Notes: generated from the letters alone by a model not told the origin. Positions 39,419 to 48,582 are shown, numbered from the stretch's first letter. The stretch: DNA of 60,980 nucleotides from Alphaproteobacteria bacterium (GCA_045635565.1 JAZTVX010000077.1:1-60980), one strand, 5' to 3'. Numbers and translations: made by a program.

Positions 39419-40225
39419 ATGAAAAAGATTATTTACATATTGGGAAGTATCATTTTCGTATTTGTTTTGTATTTAGGTTCTTTATATCTTTTACAAGATA
39501 AATTATTATTCAAACCGGATAATAACTACATTTCACCACAAAAGGCTCATTTAGGTGATGTGCATGAAAATATGCTAACAATGTCAGATGGAACAAAAGT
39601 GATGACATGGGCAAAAGAGGGCAACAAGGATTTGCCTGCTCTATTATTTTTTCATGGAAATCGTGGGCAGATGGCAGAATTTGCCCCTCAAATAATACAG
39701 TTTAACAAAAACGGACACGGTGTTTTTTTGGCCGAATATAGAGGTTATGGTAATTCAGAAGGAAAAATCAATCAAGAAAAAATGTTTTCAGACGGAGCAG
39801 AAATATATGATTGGATAAAAACAAGGGGATATTCCAAAATAATCGTTATCGGATATTCCTTTGGTTGTGCGGCATCTATTGGGTTAGCCGATAAAAGAAA
39901 AGTGAACGGATTGGTTCTTATTTCGCCCTTTGCCTCCTTATCTCGTTTGGTCGCAGAAAAATATCCGTTTTCTGATTGGGCTTTAAAAGATAATTACCCT
40001 TCGGAAAAAACCATTCAAAAACTGACTGAACCGATTTTAATCATTCATGGAACAGCAGATACTTTGGTTCCCGTCCGTCATGCAAAAATTTTATATGAAC
40101 AAAGAAGTAAAAATACAAACCTACATTTATTGGATGGAAAAGATCATAGGGGAGCCTTTTGGGCACAAGAAACACTCCTCCTCATTTCAAACTGGTTACA
40201 ACGTTTTGAAATCAAAAAAGGATAA
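39419..40225 (+). CDS. alpha/beta hydrolase
   Basis: N-terminal TM, HGNRG, nucleophile elbow GYSFG, and late Asp/His (HGTADTLVP, DGKDH). Confidence 0.8.
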   Translation: MKKIIYILGSIIFVFVLYLGSLYLLQDKLLFKPDNNYISPQKAHLGDVHENMLTMSDGTKVMTWAKEGNKDLPALLFFHGNRGQMAEFAPQIIQFNKNGHGVFLAEYRGYGNSEGKINQEKMFSDGAEIYDWIKTRGYSKIIVIGYSFGCAASIGLADKRKVNGLVLISPFASLSRLVAEKYPFSDWALKDNYPSEKTIQKLTEPILIIHGTADTLVPVRHAKILYEQRSKNTNLHLLDGKDHRGAFWAQETLLLISNWLQRFEIKKG

Positions 40226-40238
40226 TAAAAACAATATA

Positions 40239-40787
40239 TTATCTATTGGGCTGATATACGGTTTTTCCCATATTAACATAGTCGTATAAAACTTTTTCAC
40301 CGGCTTCAACCTCGATGTTACCGTAAACGACAATCCCACGATTTTTAAATTCTTCAAACCAATTGGGCTTAAATCCTTCATCAAATCCGGTAATTTCTTC
40401 TACACGCTTTGATGGCACACCATAATAAACCGCTTTGATGCCGGACCACATAATACCACCAATACACATCATACACGGTTCAGCAGTTACATATAAACTT
40501 AAATTATATTTTGACAGGTCGTATGTTCCCAAATTCCTTTGAGCCATCTTAATTGCGTTCATTTCTGCATGATTATTACTGCAACCTTCCGACACGACAG
40601 AATTAGCCGTTTTGGAAATAACTTTTCCACTTTCATCTACAATGACAGCCAAAAACGGACCCGAGCCGTTTGCAATATAATCACTCATTTCATTTTGAAG
40701 TTGTAGAATGATTTTTCTTGCATTTTCAAGTTTTATCTCACTGATTTTTTCATTAGAAACCACTTGATTATTTAAATTTTCCGACAT
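40239..40787 (-). CDS. CDA-fold nucleoside/nucleobase deaminase (guanine/cytosine deaminase- or TadA-like)
   Basis: HAEMNAI ... PCMMCIGGI zinc motifs. Start at the ATG at 40787 after GGGGAG. Confidence 0.8.
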   Translation of the reverse strand: MSENLNNQVVSNEKISEIKLENARKIILQLQNEMSDYIANGSGPFLAVIVDESGKVISKTANSVVSEGCSNNHAEMNAIKMAQRNLGTYDLSKYNLSLYVTAEPCMMCIGGIMWSGIKAVYYGVPSKRVEEITGFDEGFKPNWFEEFKNRGIVVYGNIEVEAGEKVLYDYVNMGKTVYQPNR

Positions 40788-40986
40788 GAATAAATCTCCC
40801 CTTAAAACTTTTCCATGACAACCTGTTATCACCTTATTTGATGAATATATATGAATTTTAATCCCTATCTTCAAAAAAAACAAGTTAAATGTTAATGAAA
40901 TAAATTTTGATATTTCAAGATGGAAAGTTTTTTTAAAAACAAACTGTGTTCAAGATAAAAAAACAACAAAACATCAAAATCCCTTT

Positions 40987-41853
40987 TTATTCACGGCTAT
41001 TTTGCACCATAACACTTAAATGTTTTTGAGTCAGTGGTGTTAACGGCAGTTTTCTTAATAAAGCATTCCCTGAAGCATGGACCATAATGCGTCCTGCATC
41101 TTCAATATCAAGAACCGCTCGTCCACCCCAAGATTCTTTTTGCGATGATAACGACATAACACAACTTAAAAAAGAAAGCAAATCATACACCGATTCTTTT
41201 GTGGGTTGAACCAAAGAAGAACATTCTTTCCAACCAAGTTGTTGACCATCTTTTAAAACATTTAATGTCATATCGGTATCGGTTATAACCTGTGTTTCTT
41301 TTTCAAGTTTATGATACATTTGTTTTTCATAGGCTTCACCAGTTACATTTTCTTGTTTTTCAAGCCAAGAACCCATCTCATCCGTTAACGCCTGAGATAA
41401 AGTTAAATGTCTGACATCAACAAAATTTTCATCCGTCATCAAGTGAGCATGCAGATGAGGCACTGTATTTTGCGAATTCGGACCAATATTAAAAACAATT
41501 CTGGAAACAGATGTTTTTAAATTATCCGTCAAAGAAAGATGATTTTGACGCGTTTCCTGAATCACTTCCTGAATAGCCCGAACATATCCGACAACACTAT
41601 TTATTGGAGCCCGTTCACAAAAATCAAACAAATCTTTTGCCGGATAGACAGGCAATGCCAAATGATAAACATTTGTTCGTTGAACCTGATTTTGAATAAT
41701 AATGGCATCCGGTGTTTCCTTAATAATTTTTGACGGCATTTCTCCTCTTAAAATTTTTGAAAAAGGGTTTTGAGGATTATATTCATCGCCTCGTTCTTCC
41801 AAATAAGCCTTATGCATATTTGCAATTTCTTCGGAAACATATCGCTCTTTCAT
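40987..41853 (-). CDS. HIT-family protein with C-terminal extension
   Basis: FSKILRGEMPS and the histidine triad VPHLHAHL in the first ~150 aa. The second half is unrecognised. AAGGAG RBS before 41853. Confidence 0.7.
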   Translation of the reverse strand: MKERYVSEEIANMHKAYLEERGDEYNPQNPFSKILRGEMPSKIIKETPDAIIIQNQVQRTNVYHLALPVYPAKDLFDFCERAPINSVVGYVRAIQEVIQETRQNHLSLTDNLKTSVSRIVFNIGPNSQNTVPHLHAHLMTDENFVDVRHLTLSQALTDEMGSWLEKQENVTGEAYEKQMYHKLEKETQVITDTDMTLNVLKDGQQLGWKECSSLVQPTKESVYDLLSFLSCVMSLSSQKESWGGRAVLDIEDAGRIMVHASGNALLRKLPLTPLTQKHLSVMVQNSRE

Positions 41854-41932
41854 ATCATAACTCCTTAACACATAATGAATCTCTATGGTATTTTATCATA
41901 CCATATTTATTTTGTCAACCATTATTAAAAAG

Positions 41933-42511
41933 TTAAAAAAAACTGACACCGAAGCCAATGAATGCCGATAACAACAATAACGCCATCATTGGAAAACGAT
42001 AATGATACAACACGATAGTCATCAGGCAAATACAAATCTGTGGATAATTAACAATATCCTTTAACCCAAAAACAGAGTTAATTGAGTTAATCGGCTTTGA
42101 AAAAACAGAAATATTTGCAAATAAAAGGATGGCATATCCAATCATCACGATTGAAGCATATTTTGCCCCTTTAAAAAAGCCCCGTACAAACCAAGAATCC
42201 TTGTATCGTTTAATAAAATTTAAACAACAGGACGCTAAAACAAACGTCGGCAATGCTAAACCGATACTACAAATAACGGCACCGATAATCCCGTTTTGAA
42301 TATAGCCGACATAGGTTGCCGTATTGATGCTGACAGCCCCCGGAGTCATTTGAGAAATTGCCAACAAATTCCCAAATTCAAAAGGGGTAAAAACAGACGT
42401 GAGTTCAACATAATCATGAAACAACATCGGAATAATCATATATCCGCCGCCAAAACATAAAACACCATATTTTATGAATTGAATAAGAAGCAACAAATTA
42501 AGCATTGGCAC
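41933..42511 (-). CDS. chromate transporter (ChrA) family half-size protein
   Basis: FGGGYMIIPMLFHDYV and SQMTPGAVSINTATYVGY are the Chromate_transp domain pattern. Confidence 0.8.
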   Translation of the reverse strand: MPMLNLLLLIQFIKYGVLCFGGGYMIIPMLFHDYVELTSVFTPFEFGNLLAISQMTPGAVSINTATYVGYIQNGIIGAVICSIGLALPTFVLASCCLNFIKRYKDSWFVRGFFKGAKYASIVMIGYAILLFANISVFSKPINSINSVFGLKDIVNYPQICICLMTIVLYHYRFPMMALLLLSAFIGFGVSFF

Positions 42512-43064
42512 CTCCGTTTTTCGGATTTTTTATTTCAGCAAGAACCATCAAAAAACAACCGGCAATAATACCACCTGCAATAATAATCAAAATATGCAAC
42601 CCAAACATTAAACCTATTGCCAAACAAGCAACAACAAGCCAATCTATCAAAGATTTCAAAACCTGTTTACCCAGACGAAGCAACATACAGATAAACACCC
42701 CGACAACACAGGCTCGAATATATGAAAAAGCCATTAACAAATGGGGATTATCCAGCGTTTGAAGTGGAAAAAAGGCAGCAATGACACTTAAAATAATAAC
42801 AGAAGGTATTAAAACTCCTAAAACAGCGACAAAACTCCCCTTTAAGCCGGCGATTTTTGACCCGACATAAATAGCACAGTTAATAGCAATCAACCCCGGG
42901 ATTGTCTGAGAAACAGCCATCATATCAAAAATATCTTCTGTTTTCATCAATTTATGCTTCTTGACAAAAATATCCTCAATGACCGGAATCATTGCCAATC
43001 CACCACCAATAACGAAAAGAGAAATCTTAAAAAAAGAAATAAACAACAATAATAACATAAGCAT
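42498..43064 (-). CDS. chromate transporter (ChrA) family half-size protein
   Basis: IGGGLAMIPVIEDIFV... and SQTIPGLIAINCAIYVG. Overlaps its partner gene. Start moved to 43064. Confidence 0.8.
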   Translation of the reverse strand: MLMLLLLFISFFKISLFVIGGGLAMIPVIEDIFVKKHKLMKTEDIFDMMAVSQTIPGLIAINCAIYVGSKIAGLKGSFVAVLGVLIPSVIILSVIAAFFPLQTLDNPHLLMAFSYIRACVVGVFICMLLRLGKQVLKSLIDWLVVACLAIGLMFGLHILIIIAGGIIAGCFLMVLAEIKNPKNGGANA

Positions 43065-43255
43065 TCTCCGCTTTTCAAACAAATGCACAAACGTGTGTTT
43101 TATATAAGAAAAAACAAAACTTGTCAATAATGACGCATACAAAACATCTTTTTAGTATTTTCAATATCCGTTGACCAAACAAACACATTCCCAACCAATA
43201 AAAAAAATCCATAAAGGCGTTTTTTATTAACCGAGTTCATTGTGCAATTTTTAAA

Positions 43256-43471
43256 CTAAATTCTGAGAGGTTTTTGATTTTGAATATAACGTTCAGCCAT
43301 AATCATTACTTTTAAATAATATCCTGAAATATTAACCCTGTCGTGATATGAACAAAAATCTTTTTTAGTGATACTTCTAAACTCATTTTTATAGTTTTTT
43401 CCATCCCATATTTTACCCTCAATTTGAATATTGTTGACCTCACCGGAAAAAAGATGATCACAATTGATAAT
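43256..43471 (-). CDS. possible 71-aa ORF lacking a canonical start (ATT?)
   Basis: A 72-codon open frame directly after the stop of the 43488 gene. AGGAG (43485-43481) lies 9 nt upstream of ATT 43471. No ATG/GTG/TTG is available. Confidence 0.2.
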   Translation of the reverse strand: MINCDHLFSGEVNNIQIEGKIWDGKNYKNEFRSITKKDFCSYHDRVNISGYYLKVMIMAERYIQNQKPLRI

Positions 43472-43487
43472 AAAATTTTACTCCTAT

Positions 43488-43823
43488 CTAGATATCCTTT
43501 TTAAGTTGAATTTTATTCAAATGATAATCGACCAATTCTCCGCCGTAATAGACAATATTTGAGTAACCGTAATCTAATTTTTTAGTATAAAATGTGATAG
43601 GCTTTGAGGCATATATCCATTCATATCTGTCAAAAAACTTTTCATCTTTAACACTAAAATCGGCATTTTCAGACATTTGTTGAATAACTCTATCTGTATC
43701 TTTTTTTGTTAAAGCATTTTGTAAAATCCATTGTGAATATGGATTATCAAAATTATTATTGTGTGTATTTAAATTGAGTGTTTTTAAACTAACTGTTTTA
43801 ATATGAGGATAAAATAAGTTCAA
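43488..43823 (-). CDS. hypothetical protein (111 aa)
   Basis: ORF in an operon context. No family recognised. Confidence 0.5.
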   Translation of the reverse strand: MNLFYPHIKTVSLKTLNLNTHNNNFDNPYSQWILQNALTKKDTDRVIQQMSENADFSVKDEKFFDRYEWIYASKPITFYTKKLDYGYSNIVYYGGELVDYHLNKIQLKKDI

Positions 43824-43851
43824 ATTCTTTGTATTTCATAAAGTTTCTCCT

Positions 43852-44352
43852 TTATAATAAGTTTTTAATTAATGGATAAATATCGTTTGTGTTTTTAAAT
43901 GGTATAATTTTAATATGGTGACTGTTTTTTATGGCATTAGCGATTGCAAACCAATATTCAGATTTTATTGTGTAGGAAGATTCTTCTTCTTGATACAATA
44001 AAATAATTTCTTTATTTTGATACAATGCCCAATCCAACTCAACAATCGTGCCAACAGAAAAATATTCCGATAAAACACAAACAAAAAAATCAGCATCTAA
44101 AACTGCTTTAAATTCAGCATTAAGTACAGTATTACAATCGGTTGAAGTATAATCTCCGCTTGATGCTTGTTCACAGTAAAAAGGACCTGTATAAATATAT
44201 TTGCCAAAAACAATTTGAGTGTCAATTGGGTGTGTGAGTTTTTCTGACCCACCCAATATTTTTGATCGATAATCATCTTTCAACGAGTCCGACAAAGAAA
44301 GTTTTGGATCTTTTAGTTTATTAAATTTTCCTGAAAAATATACTTTTTTCAT
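43852..44352 (-). CDS. nucleoside 2-deoxyribosyltransferase-like protein
   Basis: MKKVYFSG... Rossmann-like start, and SVGTIVELDWA resembles the GTxxExGxA catalytic-Glu motif. Confidence 0.55.
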   Translation of the reverse strand: MKKVYFSGKFNKLKDPKLSLSDSLKDDYRSKILGGSEKLTHPIDTQIVFGKYIYTGPFYCEQASSGDYTSTDCNTVLNAEFKAVLDADFFVCVLSEYFSVGTIVELDWALYQNKEIILLYQEEESSYTIKSEYWFAIANAIKNSHHIKIIPFKNTNDIYPLIKNLL

Positions 44353-44906
44353 TATTGTTTTCCTTTCATAATTTTATGCCACTCGTGATAAGATAAAACC
44401 GCCAAAACAGTCCAAACAATATTTAATGACAACAGATAAAACGCCGGTTGAGGTAACAAAGCATATTGAATGATATAACAAATATTATTAACAAACCAAA
44501 TAACCCATGTATCAATTTTACGTAAAACCATAAAATAAGTTGCAACAAAACTGGAAATTGTTGTAAATGCATCTATCACAGGAAGATAATCATCCGTTTG
44601 TTTCAATAAAAAATACAAACCAATTGTTCCAAATACAATAAATAGTGTATATCCTATTCTCTCCTCAAAAGAACAGGCTCTAATCATTTTTTTTCCGCAT
44701 TTAGGATTCCACAAAACGAAACCCACAATACCAACAATTAAATAAAAGAATGCATTACCCATATCTGCGTATAATTTACTGGCAAACGAAAACAGTATTA
44801 AGCACAACATTTGCACGATGTAAAAAAACCAATGAATCCGGTTATTAAACAACACAAAAATCCCTTGCAACAATCCAAAGACTGTTGCTCCTATTTCAAA
44901 AATCAT
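44352..44906 (-). CDS. pnuC: PnuC-family (nicotinamide riboside-type) transporter
   Basis: 184 aa, 7 hydrophobic segments. DTWVIWFVNNICYIIQY resembles the PnuC W..W..VN motif. 1-nt overlap with the downstream gene. Confidence 0.7.
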   Translation of the reverse strand: MIFEIGATVFGLLQGIFVLFNNRIHWFFYIVQMLCLILFSFASKLYADMGNAFFYLIVGIVGFVLWNPKCGKKMIRACSFEERIGYTLFIVFGTIGLYFLLKQTDDYLPVIDAFTTISSFVATYFMVLRKIDTWVIWFVNNICYIIQYALLPQPAFYLLSLNIVWTVLAVLSYHEWHKIMKGKQ

Positions 44907-44926
44907 TTATTTTCTCCTAAATTCTG

Positions 44927-45319
44927 TTATTTTTCCCGTATTTGATGCGGTAAGTATTTTTTTATAACCGGCAAATAAGTTGCCTTATATTCGGGATAAA
45001 AACGCATTAAAGTATCATAGGCATTAAGCGGTTTATCCGGTTTTGTCATTCTGGCACATTCCCAATCAATAATTGTGTCCAATAAATCATCCGGCGATTT
45101 TTTAAGATTATTTTTAACATGATGACGGTTGTGAATCCGATGAAATGTATGAACATCAGAAATACTCATCCAAAAGCAAAATAAATACATCAGTGGCTTT
45201 TCGGCATCATGCAAGTAACCGCTTAAAGTGTTTTTACCTCGCAATTGTTTTTCCACTTGTAAAAAAGCTTTTTTATGCTTTAACGTATAAAATATTTTTT
45301 GTATTTTTTCTTTGAACAT
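44927..45319 (-). CDS. small His-rich protein, DUF5662-like (HD-type motif)
   Basis: GYLHDAEKP ... HRIHNRHH ... IIDWECAR. The pattern is recalled from phage/Firmicute DUF5662 proteins and is a tentative call. Confidence 0.45.
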   Translation of the reverse strand: MFKEKIQKIFYTLKHKKAFLQVEKQLRGKNTLSGYLHDAEKPLMYLFCFWMSISDVHTFHRIHNRHHVKNNLKKSPDDLLDTIIDWECARMTKPDKPLNAYDTLMRFYPEYKATYLPVIKKYLPHQIREK

Positions 45320-45337
45320 TTCTTTTTCCTTTCAAGG

Positions 45338-45359
45338 AAAGAGGGGAGATCCCCTCTTT
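45338..45359 (-). other. GC-rich perfect 10-bp hairpin between two operon genes
   Basis: AAAGAGGGGA-ga-TCCCCTCTTT. There is no U-tract on the transcribed (minus) strand. Confidence 0.6.
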
Positions 45360-45362
45360 GGT

Positions 45363-46565
45363 TTAAGCTCTAATTCTTTCGGGAATATCGGTTAAATAGT
45401 TATCAAAATATCCTTTTACCAATACAACTGGAGTCCCTTTATCACCTGATCCTGTAGTTAAATCACATAACGATCCAACTAAATCCGTAATTTGCCTTGG
45501 TGTTGTTCCCAGCGTATAAAAATCATCTCCTGTATTTTTTTCGGTAATAGCTTTTTGAATGGCTTCTTCCGGATTATCTATATGATTATCGGCAACTGCT
45601 TTGATTTTAATTTCATTGGGCATTCCCTTTAATCCATCGGTATATCCTGGTGAAACAACTGGATCGGCAAACTCCCAAATATGTGTTTTTGGACATTTAA
45701 ATCCACCATCTCCGTAAATCATCACCTCAATGGCCAAACCAGTTTTTTGTTTCAACTTATCTTGTAATTTTTTACAAAAGGCTTGAGAATCTCTAGGAAA
45801 CAATTTTAACCGATTTTCATCCGAATAATTAGAACCAAGAACACCATATTCGCTCCAACCATGTTGACTTGTCGGTGTATTACAAATATCATCCAATGTA
45901 TAGACTATACCACCAGCCTGTTGTAAAATGGCTTTATGACGATATCGGGCATGAATGCTAGAAACAATAATTTGATTGGTATATTTCAAAATATCCTTTG
46001 GATTATTTAATAAAACAATTTCAATGTTCGGGGCAATTTCTTCATACATTTGAATATGATCAGATCCCGTAATCGGATGATGAAAAACACCAAATTTTTC
46101 ACGAAATTGTAGCTTACTTAAAATATCTGAATACGGATTAATGTCGGAATTAAATAAAGCATCTTCATCCATAATAGCATTTCCAACTTCATCTACTGGA
46201 TAAGATAAACACACATAGACCTTTCCCTTGACCCCTTGGGCAATACCTTCTAATATTTTGGCAAAACGGTTACGAGATAAAATCGGAAAAGCAACAGCGA
46301 CGTCCCCTTCTGGAAATTTTTGACTGATATCATCAGCAATATCATCTAAAGTTACATAGTTGCCTTGAGCTCTCGCTAAAAAGGATTCTGTAATTCCGAC
46401 AATATCACAATTATCTAAGGTAATGGGTTGGTAAGAGGTGTTGTGTGCTTGAATCAGTTTATCTGAAATAATGCTAGCGATATCATCACCTTGTTTTATA
46501 ATCGGCATTCTTACACCATAAACAGAAACACCGACATAACGATTTGTTGAATAAGTTGTATTCAT
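45363..46565 (-). CDS. CofE-like (F420-0:gamma-glutamyl ligase family, PF01996-type) protein
   Basis: DIVGITESFLARAQG, VLGSNYSDENRLKLFPRDSQ, IEVMIYGDGGF and a C-terminal GSGDKGTPVVLVKGYF parallel the CofE motifs. Confidence 0.6.
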   Translation of the reverse strand: MNTTYSTNRYVGVSVYGVRMPIIKQGDDIASIISDKLIQAHNTSYQPITLDNCDIVGITESFLARAQGNYVTLDDIADDISQKFPEGDVAVAFPILSRNRFAKILEGIAQGVKGKVYVCLSYPVDEVGNAIMDEDALFNSDINPYSDILSKLQFREKFGVFHHPITGSDHIQMYEEIAPNIEIVLLNNPKDILKYTNQIIVSSIHARYRHKAILQQAGGIVYTLDDICNTPTSQHGWSEYGVLGSNYSDENRLKLFPRDSQAFCKKLQDKLKQKTGLAIEVMIYGDGGFKCPKTHIWEFADPVVSPGYTDGLKGMPNEIKIKAVADNHIDNPEEAIQKAITEKNTGDDFYTLGTTPRQITDLVGSLCDLTTGSGDKGTPVVLVKGYFDNYLTDIPERIRA

Positions 46566-46656
46566 TTTATTTTCTCCTCGACAGTAGGTTTTAATTGATT
46601 TGTCTCGACTGTCCCTACAAGACCCAAATCAATGGAAAAGTTGATCTCAGCCTTTC

Positions 46657-47190
46657 CTAAACAAGTCCATCTTCATAAAAATTCTTTTCAATTAACTCCT
46701 GATTTTCTGGATGGACAAACTCTTTGTAACGTTCATCTTGAAGAGCGATCATATCACGCACCATATTTCCCGATAAAAACGGAAAACTTTGGGTTGTTCT
46801 GGAACATAACCCTACATTTGGCACATCAGATGCAAAAAATAAATATTCCCGATTGTCCCCAACATACATAATATCTGGCCGAGGTCTGTCTGGCAATTCC
46901 TTATTGATTGTTTCCAAAACATGATAATTCCAAGGAATCCTCTCTGTATCCTTTACAGGAATAATTTGCAATCTGGCATAATCTGAACTTTTACGCCAAA
47001 CATTTTGAATCATTTTTTTGCGTATAAAATATGGCAGAGGATTCATATGAGTCCCGCTCTCTTGAGCAGAGCCAATTAAAACCGTTCCCTGTTCACATTC
47101 TTGCATCATTTGCTTAATTAATCGATCATGACCAATATGAAACGGTTGACATCGTAAAATACAAAATCCGTGTTTATATTTAAAAGTCAT
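46657..47190 (-). CDS. nicotinamide-nucleotide adenylyltransferase, archaeal/NadM type
   Basis: GFCILRCQPFHIGHDRLI matches the G(R)xQPxHxGH nucleotidyltransferase motif. Start moved to the ATG at 47190 (MTFKYKH). Confidence 0.75.
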   Translation of the reverse strand: MTFKYKHGFCILRCQPFHIGHDRLIKQMMQECEQGTVLIGSAQESGTHMNPLPYFIRKKMIQNVWRKSSDYARLQIIPVKDTERIPWNYHVLETINKELPDRPRPDIMYVGDNREYLFFASDVPNVGLCSRTTQSFPFLSGNMVRDMIALQDERYKEFVHPENQELIEKNFYEDGLV

Positions 47191-47295
47191 AAAAAAAACC
47201 TCTCTTTCGAAAGGCCAACACATCATCTTAGGATTACCCTATACATTGATGACTGGCCAAGTCTATTGTCCCCGCCCATTGCCCTCGGACGCCTG
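47191..47295 (-). promoter_or_regulatory. structured ~100-nt leader with terminator / RBS-sequestering hairpin (candidate riboswitch or attenuator)
   Basis: Minus-strand RNA. A long hairpin GGCCA-GTCATC...TAGG-GTAAT-CCTA...GATGA-TGTGT-TGGCC is followed by CCTTTC-GAAA-GAGAGG + U8, directly abutting the ATG. That stem contains the AGAGAGG RBS and shares its CC with the preceding helix. Confidence 0.4.
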
Positions 47296-47335
47296 AACAG
47301 GTATTATGTTAATACACAAAAAAAGCAGATGTCAA
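47296..47335 (-). promoter_or_regulatory. possible operon promoter
   Basis: Minus strand: TTGACA (47335-47330), about 18 nt, TAACAT. Confidence 0.35.
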
Positions 47336-47626
47336 TAAAAAAATACAAAAAACACAAATTATTTTGCAACATATTGATTAATATATTTTTAATAAGGGAT
47401 ATATAACAAAAAAAATACTGCTTTTTATTTTTTTAAACACCAAGTTGACGTTAAAATGATCTTCATTGAAATGATATTCTACATATCAACCTTATCCTAA
47501 CAAACGTATTAAATAACAGATGTATGCCAATAAGAAACAAACAAGCGCTGTCAAACTAAAATATACCGCCACACGGACTTAATGTACGCTAAAAAACATC
47601 GGGATTGGGATTGAAAAGCTTTGGTT

Positions 47627-47794
47627 TTATTGGCTTTCATCTTCTGTATAATGTTCTTCATTGCTAACCTCCGTTTGTGTCATGATCTCTATTCCCAATT
47701 TGAAAAAGTTAATCAAATTTAATTCATAATCACCTGCTTCTTGCTCTGATATATCGGGATACAAACGTAATATTTCTTCTTTGACGTTTTGCAT
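47627..47794 (-). CDS. possible acidic 55-aa protein
   Basis: Below the track cutoff. AAGGA lies 8 nt before the ATG at 47794. MQNVKEEILRLYPDISEQEAGDYELNLINFFKLGIEIMTQTEVSNEEHYTEDESQ. Confidence 0.3.
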   Translation of the reverse strand: MQNVKEEILRLYPDISEQEAGDYELNLINFFKLGIEIMTQTEVSNEEHYTEDESQ

Positions 47795-47909
47795 CAATTT
47801 TATCCTTTCATTTTGTTATGAAAGAATTTTGTCGCACTTCTTTTGATATGTAAAACCGTTTTTAAATTGATAAATTTTTTTATTATTATTTTGAAAGGCT
47901 AAGAAGATG

Positions 47910-47936
47910 AACCTCGATTTTATCAAAACCGAAGTT
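47910..47936. repeat. 27-bp imperfect palindrome, copy 1 (inverted relative to copy 2)
   Basis: AACCTCGATTTTATCAAAACCGAAGTT. It equals the reverse complement of 51712-51738 with 1 mismatch. On the minus strand it is not followed by a U-tract. Confidence 0.8.
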
Positions 47937-47979
47937 GTGTTTCATTAAGTAACATCAATGTCAGTTAATCGTAAAATTT

Positions 47980-48582
47980 TTAAGCCCATCCTTGACGAGA
48001 GATAAAACGCCGAAGCGTTGTGCGTCCAACACCCATAACTTTAGCAATTTGAGCTTTTGAAACGCCTTTATCCAATAAATCTTTGACTCGCTTTGAATTC
48101 TTTGATAGTTTTAATTTCTTGCTTGTGGCTGAGAATGGACGGCCCAGTTTTTTACCGCTGGCTTTTATGTTTGCCAAAGATGATTTTGTCCGTTGAGATA
48201 TTAAACTGCGTTCAATTTCAGCCGATATACCAAAAGCAAATGCCATTACTTTTGATTGAATATCTGCGCCTAGCCTAAAATTTTCTTTTATTGTCCAGAC
48301 CTGACATTCTTTGTTTAAACAAGTTTCTAATATGCGCATAACTTCTAACATTGAACGCCCCAAACGAGATATTTCACAAGAAATCAGGATATCTCCGGCT
48401 TTCATACTTTGAAGTAATTTTCCTAATTTTCTTTTATCTAAAGATTTTCTGGATGAAATAGTTTCTTCAATCCAATGCGTAATTTTGACTTTTTGAGCTT
48501 TTGCGAATTGTTTAATTTCATATTTTTGATGTTCACAGGTTTGTTTATCTGTTGAAACTCTGATGTAGCCAATAACTGCCAT
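47980..48582 (-). CDS. small serine recombinase (resolvase/DNA-invertase family)
   Basis: MAVIGYIRVSTDKQ (catalytic Ser), SRLGRS, and a C-terminal HTH (ISKAQIAKVMGVGRTTLRRF). GAGGAGG RBS before 48582. Confidence 0.9.
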   Translation of the reverse strand: MAVIGYIRVSTDKQTCEHQKYEIKQFAKAQKVKITHWIEETISSRKSLDKRKLGKLLQSMKAGDILISCEISRLGRSMLEVMRILETCLNKECQVWTIKENFRLGADIQSKVMAFAFGISAEIERSLISQRTKSSLANIKASGKKLGRPFSATSKKLKLSKNSKRVKDLLDKGVSKAQIAKVMGVGRTTLRRFISRQGWA

